Shown: positions 21,274-29,076 of the stretch, piece by piece
Layout of the letters: every line of letters begins with the position of its first letter
Numbering within the stretch: the first letter of the stretch is position 1
DNA from: a virus
Taxonomy: Duplodnaviria > Caudoviricetes
Direction: 5' to 3' (one strand)
Virus record (IMG/VR): IMGVR_UViG_3300006056_000001
Span: 32,001 to 96,000 of that record
DNA: 64,000 bases
Notes under the pieces: generated by a model
What the model saw: the letters and a program-made list of their open reading frames with translations, nothing else
Databases searched by the model: none
Told to the model about the DNA's origin: nothing
Position numbers and translations under genes: made by a program

Positions 21274-22031
21274 TAAATTATACCATACTTACCTAAGTAA
21301 GAGTCTGGACCAGCACCAGGTCGTCTAAATTTCTTTCTAATAGCTTGTACTTTTTCTTCTACAGAGCCGTACTGCTTAGACATTGTTTCTTGTATTAGCT
21401 GACTTAGGTTTCTATATCCTTCCAACGTAAATCCTTCTGTCTCCTCTCTTGCTATAGATACATTTGAAGCAGAGAGTGGGATAACATCGGTCGCAACATA
21501 GCTGTATGTTACTTCAGTGTATAAGTCATCTACGCTATAAGTAGTACCGTAGTTTACTAAAGTAATGCCGTGTATTACTTGTATAGCAGCAGCTCCTTTT
21601 TCATTGGCCGCTGTTATTACTATTGAGAAGGGAGGAAGCTGATCTGAAGTCAGAGATGTAGAAGAGGCCATCATACTAGAGGCAATATCTTGATCATATA
21701 TCTCTTTAAATACATCTTGATTAACAGATGCAAAAACTAAGGTTCCTGCGAATGTTCTAGCTCCTCGGGTATAAGCTACTGGACTTTCTCTTCCTAAAAC
21801 TCTAACAGGAGAGATAGATCTTGTAGAAGATATAGAAATTGTTTGTATTTCGGCTAATAGCTTAGACTTTGGATTTTTTGTATTAAGTAAAGCACTATTC
21901 CTTGTAGCTAAAGGAAGATATACATAAGCGCTTATATCACTTCCTGAGAAGGATTGAAAATCTGCCTGCTTACCTAAACTAGGTCTAAGAAGCCGAGCTA
22001 CCTCATCATTAACATAAACAGTTTTACGCAT
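21273..22031 (-). CDS. Tail tube-like paralogue
   Basis: SFSGSDI...EIQTISIS...PVRVLG..RGARTFAGTLVF...DQLPPFSIVITAANEKG; clear paralogue of 22093..22779. Confidence 0.7.
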   Translation of the reverse strand: MRKTVYVNDEVARLLRPSLGKQADFQSFSGSDISAYVYLPLATRNSALLNTKNPKSKLLAEIQTISISSTRSISPVRVLGRESPVAYTRGARTFAGTLVFASVNQDVFKEIYDQDIASSMMASSTSLTSDQLPPFSIVITAANEKGAAAIQVIHGITLVNYGTTYSVDDLYTEVTYSYVATDVIPLSASNVSIAREETEGFTLEGYRNLSQLIQETMSKQYGSVEEKVQAIRKKFRRPGAGPDSYLGKYGII

Positions 22032-22034
22032 ATA

Positions 22035-22071
22035 TAAAATATGGGCTAATTAGATTGCTCTAATTAACCCA
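22035..22071 (-). terminator. Intrinsic terminator downstream of the major tail tube gene
   Basis: Minus strand TGGGTTAATTAGA-GCAA-TCTAATTAGCCCA followed by TATTTT. Confidence 0.7.
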
Positions 22072-22092
22072 ATATCCTTTAGTAATCAAAAA

Positions 22093-22779
22093 TTAGCCAC
22101 CTATGAAGGAAGCAGATCTACCATCATTATTAATTCTGATAAATCCTTGATCTCTCCATGGAGTTACTGCAGTAGAGATATAAGTACAAGCTTCGTCTGT
22201 AGTAATGTCATTAGTAGAAAGAGAAGAACCTACGTTCATAATTTCTACTCCGTGAATCATCATTCTAGCAACGGCGCCATACTCATTAGATGCTGTAATA
22301 ACAACATCAAAAGGTAGTACTTGGTCTAAGTAGTTAGGGGCTGCTATTACCTTATCTAGAGCTATTCTAGATACAGTAGGGGAGGCAGATCCAACCGCAG
22401 GACCAATGACTCCAGGAACGATTTCTATGCTGCTAACGTTAACGTCAGCAATTTCAAACCCTTCTGGAATAGAGTACCTGTTTGCTACATAAGGTCTATC
22501 TCTCATAGCCTCTAATAGAGCGGATCTATCAAAAACTACAAATACTATAGAGCCTGCTATACCTCTCTTTCCACGAGAGAAGGATCTAGGATCTGCTTCT
22601 CCCATAGAATAGACAGGCGCCTTTTCTCTCTGTATTGTATAAGAGATGCCTTGTAGCTCGCCTAAAATCTTACTGCCGAAAGTAACTACCATGTCAACTC
22701 CAGAGAAGGAGTTGTATGTCTTCTGGAAGCTATTTCCGTTCTTTCCTGCTCCTGCTGGAGCTAGTCCTTTATTTGTCAT
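22093..22779 (-). CDS. Major tail tube protein
   Basis: Follows the sheath; SFSGVD...GELQGISY...REKAPVYSMG..DPRSFSRGKRGIAGS; GGAG RBS and its own terminator. Confidence 0.75.
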   Translation of the reverse strand: MTNKGLAPAGAGKNGNSFQKTYNSFSGVDMVVTFGSKILGELQGISYTIQREKAPVYSMGEADPRSFSRGKRGIAGSIVFVVFDRSALLEAMRDRPYVANRYSIPEGFEIADVNVSSIEIVPGVIGPAVGSASPTVSRIALDKVIAAPNYLDQVLPFDVVITASNEYGAVARMMIHGVEIMNVGSSLSTNDITTDEACTYISTAVTPWRDQGFIRINNDGRSASFIGG

Positions 22780-22789
22780 ATTTTACTCC

Positions 22790-24457
22790 TTATTCTCCTT
22801 TACTTAAGGATACAACTAGGTTAATAGATGTAATTTCAAAAGCAGGGACGAGGGTAAGGTTAATATCTAATTCACCTAACACTCTTTGATCTGGAGTAGA
22901 GGCTATAGAGAAACTATAGCTTCTGAGAGCACCAGAGCCCTTCATAGCTAATAGTATCTGGTCTATCTCTGCATCCAAAGCATTCATCTGAGGAGCGTTG
23001 TTAGGCTCTCCTAGATATTTGTTAGCAGCAGATCTAATGAGATCTAAAGTACTGTGTACAATTCTTACTGTACTTAATCTAGTGTAGTCAGAACGTATGT
23101 ATCGAGATACGTTATGGGCTCCTGTAACACCGGAGGCTACAGTTAGACCATTAGTTCTACTATACATAGTAACATGTCTCATTCCAGTTAAGCTGTTTGC
23201 CTGTTTTGTAGACAGTAGTTTTAACTGTACAACTCCATTTACCTGCTTATTTGTAGGAGCAGATTGAGGAGCTAGACTTGTTATTAAGCCTGCATATGCA
23301 GCAGAACCGTCTGTGTTTCTAGATGTATTGGACAAGGACGCGCCTACGGCCAATGCTCTACTAGACACTTGAGTACCGACTGATCTTAGAGGCACACTAA
23401 ATACACTGATGTACTGTCCTGCGTCTACCTTTCCATTTCTAGAGTCAACAGCATTTAGACCGTCAGAATCTTTAGCCTGCCAACCCGCGAAATATCTAGA
23501 ATCTACAGATGTAGCTTCAGAGACAGAAATATCATTTAAGGTATTTCCATCTTGGTCTGCAGCTCCTGCCAGCCAATTGATATAAGTTTGATTATAAAAT
23601 TGACCAGTGTAGATAGTAGACTTGAACATGGAAGGATCATTCTGATAAGAATGATAAGCATGCCATTCGTTAACTAGTCTAGAAGATGGCGTACCATATT
23701 CTGTAGCAGCTATAGCAGCTCTTTGAGAAGTTGCTGCAGTAGCCGTACCACTGTTAACCCAAGCAGTACCAAACAAGGATGTCATCTCAGACAATAGAGT
23801 AGAGTCTGAGGTTAATCCTACAGGACTACCTGTATACTCTGCAAAGTAACCTGTATTTGTTACGTTAGGAGCATGTCTCATCGCCCAGCTAAGAACAGGA
23901 CGAGTAGAAATAACACCTATGCAAGAGTTTTCTTCTGTAGTTGCTTGGAAGCAGAAATCTGCTAACTGCTTACCAAAGTTCCAAGAAAGAGCAGCGCCAG
24001 TAGCAGTCTGATAGATCTTGTCGTCCATGTAAGCATTTACAGGAACCACAACATCTAATGTTCTGTTTCTTAAAACTTCATATGCAGACTCAAGGTCTAC
24101 ATATCTTCCAGAAAGTAGGGCATTAGGCTTAGTATAGTCTACTAAATTCTGGCCATTATAGTGGCCAATAATCATAATTTCAATATTTGGTGCGCCTGCG
24201 GATACAGCCTCTTCTATTGCTAGAGAAAGCTCGCCTGGGACGTTAGTCGTTGGCCATCCACCTGCAGCTCCAGAGAAATTGAAATAAAGGGAATTCATAG
24301 CCTTCTCAACAGAGCCTACTGTAAAGGGTTCTAATAGAGGTAGTCCTGTGTTAGAGGTTACGCCTAATAGTGTTACTTTCGGACCCGCTGGAGGAGGAGC
24401 TATCTTAAGTCCTTGATCGTTTAAAATCGTGTTTACACGAGGAAGGAAATTTGTCAT
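22790..24457 (-). CDS. Tail sheath protein
   Basis: 555 aa; C-terminal YAGLITSL...RLSTVRIV...YLGEPN...LTLVPAFEITSINLVV sheath signature; GGAG RBS. Confidence 0.85.
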   Translation of the reverse strand: MTNFLPRVNTILNDQGLKIAPPPAGPKVTLLGVTSNTGLPLLEPFTVGSVEKAMNSLYFNFSGAAGGWPTTNVPGELSLAIEEAVSAGAPNIEIMIIGHYNGQNLVDYTKPNALLSGRYVDLESAYEVLRNRTLDVVVPVNAYMDDKIYQTATGAALSWNFGKQLADFCFQATTEENSCIGVISTRPVLSWAMRHAPNVTNTGYFAEYTGSPVGLTSDSTLLSEMTSLFGTAWVNSGTATAATSQRAAIAATEYGTPSSRLVNEWHAYHSYQNDPSMFKSTIYTGQFYNQTYINWLAGAADQDGNTLNDISVSEATSVDSRYFAGWQAKDSDGLNAVDSRNGKVDAGQYISVFSVPLRSVGTQVSSRALAVGASLSNTSRNTDGSAAYAGLITSLAPQSAPTNKQVNGVVQLKLLSTKQANSLTGMRHVTMYSRTNGLTVASGVTGAHNVSRYIRSDYTRLSTVRIVHSTLDLIRSAANKYLGEPNNAPQMNALDAEIDQILLAMKGSGALRSYSFSIASTPDQRVLGELDINLTLVPAFEITSINLVVSLSKGE

Positions 24458-24473
24458 TTATTTTATCTCCAAT

Positions 24474-25529
24474 TTATTGAAGGATATCTATATTACCAAA
24501 TAGATATTCTCCTGATCTATAGAAACAACTTCGATAATCTTCTGCAGTATAGTTTCCAGTAAGCAATTGATCTGCAACGTAAGTCACTTTATTGCTATAT
24601 GGAACATATGTATCAGAAGTACCTAACGTTATATCTATTTTTAGTATATCTCTTTGATATACCGCTTCTAACTCTTCGGTTCGAAAGTAAAACTGAGTAG
24701 TCTTAGATGGAAGTTGTTGTCTCCAAGCGGATTTTTGACTATCTTCATTTCTTCTCCAGAAGAAGACGTGTTCAAGTCCACTTTTTCTAAGATATCCAGA
24801 ATACAATTTTATAAAGGTTTCAATCCAGTTTATTAGTCTTTCACAGGCTCGAAATGTGTTAGACCATGCACCAAATTCAATAATATTATCAAAATACTGA
24901 CCTCTAATTTCTACTGTGTATCCGGGTATTAAAGGGTCTTTAACTGACTCCCTTAATCGGCTCTTAAGCTCTTTCCGGCTACCAAAAGGTTCCCCGTAAG
25001 CACCAGGTTCGACTCTAGTAAGCTTCCAGGTAATAGTAGGTACAATATTAGGAATATTCTCTAGAATACCCTCCGGATTTGCGCTAATAATATTTAATAG
25101 AGCATCAGGATATTCATGGTCAAAATTTATATATCTATCGTGATCTTGAAATTCTAAAGACTCTCTTTTTTCTATATTGGGTGGAACTTTTACATTTTTT
25201 AATTTAACAAGTCCTTCCCAAGAGTTAGTCTTTGGATTCTTTATTATTTGATCAACAACATACACTTCTTTTGTTGATTTGTTAATTATTTTATCATTAG
25301 GCTTTAATTCAAGAATAGCGTAAGGAAAAAGTATTAAATTTTTATCTGTTCTATTTGGTACAAAAGAACACTGATGTTTCTTTAGTAAAATACTTATCAA
25401 ATCCATAGATTCGCTTATACTTAAGTTACCTTCTGCGGTACTCTTACGTCTAAGCTCAAATTGTTGCTTAAAAGAATTAAAGCACTGTAAGTATTTGTCT
25501 CCAAATTCAGGAAGGTCTTCAGGAATCAT
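24474..25529 (-). CDS. Putative tail completion/terminator protein
   Basis: 351 aa directly upstream of the sheath; position-based. Confidence 0.45.
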   Translation of the reverse strand: MIPEDLPEFGDKYLQCFNSFKQQFELRRKSTAEGNLSISESMDLISILLKKHQCSFVPNRTDKNLILFPYAILELKPNDKIINKSTKEVYVVDQIIKNPKTNSWEGLVKLKNVKVPPNIEKRESLEFQDHDRYINFDHEYPDALLNIISANPEGILENIPNIVPTITWKLTRVEPGAYGEPFGSRKELKSRLRESVKDPLIPGYTVEIRGQYFDNIIEFGAWSNTFRACERLINWIETFIKLYSGYLRKSGLEHVFFWRRNEDSQKSAWRQQLPSKTTQFYFRTEELEAVYQRDILKIDITLGTSDTYVPYSNKVTYVADQLLTGNYTAEDYRSCFYRSGEYLFGNIDILQ

Positions 25530-26073
25530 TTATCCTCCCATTAGAATTATAGTTACTTTGACTACCCGGTTCAGAAAGCCTGCCGCTTTCGATCTGTCTT
25601 TCTTCTACAATTCCTTTCCAAAACTCAACTCTTCCTGAATCGCCTTTTATAGGAAGAGCATCTTGTATTCTATTATATTTTAATATAACAAAAGGCTGAC
25701 TTACTTTTCCAGTATTTATGTCTTGTGCTAGTTCTAGTATATAGTCAAATTTGTTTATTACTCGATCATACTTTACTACAACATTCTTTTGTTGTGTAGA
25801 AAGTATTCCAGGAGGAGTTCCAAATTCTGCTCCTAATACTCCCATCCATAAGTAGCCTTTTACTAAGTAATCTGTAAATAAATAACCACTTAACATACAT
25901 CTCTTACATCCAGGAGGAGAATCTTTCGAAGCCTTATCCCAACAGGAGCACTTTTTAGAATAATCAGTTTTTCTTAATCCAAGCCATTGGAATCCAATTA
26001 TTTGCTTAGATGGAATAAAGCTATTCTGCTCGCCGGTTAAAGACTTAAGGACTTCTCTTAGATCAGGAATCAT
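25519..26073 (-). CDS. Putative head-closure/neck protein with Zn-binding motif
   Basis: KCSCW...CKRCMLSGYLF; neck-module position. Confidence 0.5.
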   Translation of the reverse strand: MIPDLREVLKSLTGEQNSFIPSKQIIGFQWLGLRKTDYSKKCSCWDKASKDSPPGCKRCMLSGYLFTDYLVKGYLWMGVLGAEFGTPPGILSTQQKNVVVKYDRVINKFDYILELAQDINTGKVSQPFVILKYNRIQDALPIKGDSGRVEFWKGIVEERQIESGRLSEPGSQSNYNSNGRINDS

Positions 26074-26074
26074 A

Positions 26075-26494
26075 TTATGTCAACTTGACAATACCTTCAG
26101 AATTCCAAGTAATAGAGAAGTCAGCATTAGTTATTGTTTGACTTCCTAAATCTCTGGCTTGTATTAGATAGTTTGTTGCAACAGTTGCACCAGAAACATA
26201 AACAACCATCCATGCTGGGCTACAAGTTATACCTGTAAAAGTAACAGAATGTCCAGTAAGAACACCTTCATTATCTACTGTATCCATGAAAACGCTTGTT
26301 GCATGTACTTTGACTCCCCCTTTAGGGTGTCCTGCAACTACTACGTCTGCACTTATATGCCCTGTATTAGCATGTGTGTCTGCGTTAGGAGTGTATGCAC
26401 CACTAACTAGCATACACATAATGTTAGCTGTTCCTAAATTAATGTTTCCGCTCATTAAGTTAGTTTTAAAATGATTATATACTAAATCTGCCAT
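26075..26494 (-). CDS. Small virion structural protein (paralogue B)
   Basis: 139 aa; MADLVYNHFK..LMSGNINL...MLVSGAYTPN...ITWNSEGIVKL, paralogous to 26494..26925. Confidence 0.6.
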   Translation of the reverse strand: MADLVYNHFKTNLMSGNINLGTANIMCMLVSGAYTPNADTHANTGHISADVVVAGHPKGGVKVHATSVFMDTVDNEGVLTGHSVTFTGITCSPAWMVVYVSGATVATNYLIQARDLGSQTITNADFSITWNSEGIVKLT

Positions 26495-26925
26495 TATGCA
26501 TCTCCTATCTTCATAATACCATCGGTATTATTCCATGTAATCTGAAGAGTACCGTTTGTAGTACTTACAATACCCATAGAGTTCCAACAAATTAAGTATC
26601 TAGTAGCAGGGGTTGCTCCTGAATACCATAAAACTATGCCTGAGGCTTGATTTATAGTAGTGTTGCTCCAGCTCAAGTCGGCTGCATCAAAAATACTATA
26701 ATTATTAGCTATAGTTAATGTCTTACTACTAAGTAGTTGGCCTCCTGGAGTATATCCTGCTAGGGGGTCAGTTACTTGATATGCACTTACATCGCCTACT
26801 ACAGCGTGTCCTGTGTTTGGAGTATAGCTACCTGACAGCAACATGCCATAGATAGGATCGTTCACCAAGTCAATGGTGCCGCTTAAAAGTAGCTTTTTAA
26901 AGTTATCGTAAACTAAATGTGCCAT
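26494..26925 (-). CDS. Small virion structural protein (paralogue A)
   Basis: 143 aa; MAHLVYDNFK..LLSGTIDL...MLLSGSYTPN...ITWNNTDGIMKI. Confidence 0.6.
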   Translation of the reverse strand: MAHLVYDNFKKLLLSGTIDLVNDPIYGMLLSGSYTPNTGHAVVGDVSAYQVTDPLAGYTPGGQLLSSKTLTIANNYSIFDAADLSWSNTTINQASGIVLWYSGATPATRYLICWNSMGIVSTTNGTLQITWNNTDGIMKIGDA

Positions 26926-26926
26926 A

Positions 26927-28315
26927 TTACCAGAAAGGTGCTCTGTTTATACCAACCACTCTTGTAAGTGGGTTCGTTTCCCTTGCTCTTCTATTTAGCA
27001 AGGAGTTAGCAGCCGGAACATCATTTTGATGATAGCTGAATCTAATATCTGTGTATCTTCCGTTGACGTCATACCAAAGTCGGTTTACCATCTGTGCTGT
27101 TTCAAGGTAACCCATAGTAGTGACACCAATTCTAAATTGCCATCCTTTTAAGATAGAATCTAGCGCGACTTCTTTTAGTCTTTGATACTTAGCTACTTTC
27201 ATAGCTATTTTACCAATGAAATTGTCTACAGAAACTCCTAAATCTCCAAGCTGACGTCTAGTGCCAGCTATTAGATATTTAGAGTATTCTGCATCTTCCA
27301 TTAGATCTAAAATTGTACTGTATACTATATATTGTCTTGCAGGATAGGGGATATTATCTATCATAAAAACCCTACCTACTCTTTCCCAAGTCCATATAGT
27401 ATTTTTAAATAGTAGCGCACCTATATAATCTTCATTATAGGTGTCTGCTATGTCTTTTACTTCTCTCTTTATAGTTTCTATTCCATATATCTCTGGAAAA
27501 AGAGCTGTGTTTACGGAGTAAATCATCTTTCCTCCATAAGGCTCATTATCTTCAGAAAGAATTGTGTCTTTTAATTCTATATGTATTCCTAGATTTTTAG
27601 GAAGTTCTGAAGCAAAAGTTACTACTAAATCTTTACCAGTAGTGGTTACTGCGTATCCTGGAATAGGGAAGCTTCCCATTTCTTGACCAGAAGCCAAATA
27701 AGAAGCTGTATTTAATAAAGGAAATAAGTTGACGTCTACCCAATCTGAGACATCACTGTCTCCTGTGTATAAATTTTTACTAAATGTAAATTTTATAGTA
27801 TTATCACCAGTCAATGTTTGAGCAAGGCCGTGCTTATTGTTTTTAGGTCTAACTTTAGTTATTGTAAAATCGTAACCTAAAGCTTTTACGTTAGTTGGTA
27901 AAAAAAGATCCCCTTCTAATGAAAGGGATGCGGCTTCTTTCTCTAAAACAGAGTCTACTTTATAGACTCCTTCTCCAGTAGAAAACTCTATGTAAATAGT
28001 TGTAGTAAGAGTATCTGCATCATTTGCCACTAAGCTATACCCAAGACCTGAATCAGTACCTATTACAATAATTCTATATTGTGTGTTCTCTTTTAGAGAC
28101 TGACTAGGAAGAAGTATAATTCTAGAAGAGGTGTCAAATCTTGGACTTACTGTTAAAGGAAAAGCTTGTCCTGAATCTATATCTATTAAACTGAATACAT
28201 TTTCAGTTATAGAGCTAGATGCAATAGTCTTATTGAAAACTAATTCAATAGACTTATTTATTTGAACATCTGTGGCTCCTTGAGAAGGAGTACTAGAAAG
28301 TAGGGATATAGCCAT
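26927..28315 (-). CDS. Ig-like (Big_5-type) domain virion protein, possibly head-tail adaptor
   Basis: SSTPSQGATDVQINKSIELVFNKTI...LLPSQSLKENTQYRIIV is the Big_5 pattern, with a second degenerate copy and a helical C-terminus. Confidence 0.6.
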   Translation of the reverse strand: MAISLLSSTPSQGATDVQINKSIELVFNKTIASSSITENVFSLIDIDSGQAFPLTVSPRFDTSSRIILLPSQSLKENTQYRIIVIGTDSGLGYSLVANDADTLTTTIYIEFSTGEGVYKVDSVLEKEAASLSLEGDLFLPTNVKALGYDFTITKVRPKNNKHGLAQTLTGDNTIKFTFSKNLYTGDSDVSDWVDVNLFPLLNTASYLASGQEMGSFPIPGYAVTTTGKDLVVTFASELPKNLGIHIELKDTILSEDNEPYGGKMIYSVNTALFPEIYGIETIKREVKDIADTYNEDYIGALLFKNTIWTWERVGRVFMIDNIPYPARQYIVYSTILDLMEDAEYSKYLIAGTRRQLGDLGVSVDNFIGKIAMKVAKYQRLKEVALDSILKGWQFRIGVTTMGYLETAQMVNRLWYDVNGRYTDIRFSYHQNDVPAANSLLNRRARETNPLTRVVGINRAPFW

Positions 28316-28319
28316 TTAT

Positions 28320-28886
28320 TTAGTTGTCTAATAATGTATCTGGCGCAGTAGAGTTAAAAAGTGCATTTTTTAATGTTTTTATTACTTTTTCTCTATTTTT
28401 ATTTTTTGTTTCTTGTTCAATACAATATCTTAATATTTCTTTTGCACTCCAGTTTCTGTCTATAGATAGTCTTATCAAATTCTTGAATTTTACAATAGAT
28501 GGAGATTTTTGATTAGCTGGATCTAAACCATATTGCTTAATAAAATCAAAGTACTCTTTTAGTACTTCATCTGATCTAGTAAAAGGAGGAATATACTCTT
28601 TTGTATTTAAAACAAGTTCTCCAGTGTCAATAAGGTTTCTTACCATTATTTCTTCTTCATTACTTAAATCAGAAGGAATGACACATGTGAAATTTTTAGG
28701 TCCTAATCTCATTTTACCGCTAGGCAGACCAAAAAAAGTTCTCTTTTCTAGATTAATACTTACGTTTAAATTAGCTATAGGTTTGCTTTCTGTTTTTAAA
28801 CTACCTACTGTAGTAGATACATCTACTGAGTCAATTAACTGATCTACTGTTACTTCTTCAATTTTTTGATTTGTTTTCTTTGGCAT
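28320..28886 (-). CDS. Hypothetical head-module protein
   Basis: 188-aa ORF; C-terminal E.KNKNREKVIK.L motif. Confidence 0.55.
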   Translation of the reverse strand: MPKKTNQKIEEVTVDQLIDSVDVSTTVGSLKTESKPIANLNVSINLEKRTFFGLPSGKMRLGPKNFTCVIPSDLSNEEEIMVRNLIDTGELVLNTKEYIPPFTRSDEVLKEYFDFIKQYGLDPANQKSPSIVKFKNLIRLSIDRNWSAKEILRYCIEQETKNKNREKVIKTLKNALFNSTAPDTLLDN

Positions 28887-28899
28887 ACTATTCTGAAAT

Positions 28900-29036
28900 T
28901 AAAATAGAGCCGGTAGGACGACCCCACCGGCCCTGTGATACTGTCAAAGGTAGCGATTCAAAGAACAGTATCGACTTTGCTAGAAGGCTGTTGTCAGCAC
29001 ACTCTAGCACGGTCCACTCAGGGCACGACCTGAGTT
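28900..29036 (-). ncRNA. Four-hairpin structured RNA ending in a terminator-like stem
   Basis: Stems ACTCAGG/CCTGAGT, TGCTAGA/TCTAGCA, GATACTGT/ACAGTATC and GGGCCGGTGGG/CCTACCGGCTC + TATTTT in a GC-rich intergenic gap. Confidence 0.55.
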
Positions 29037-29076
29037 TTGTCTCAATATAATTGCGATTCATTTATACTTCGTTTTT

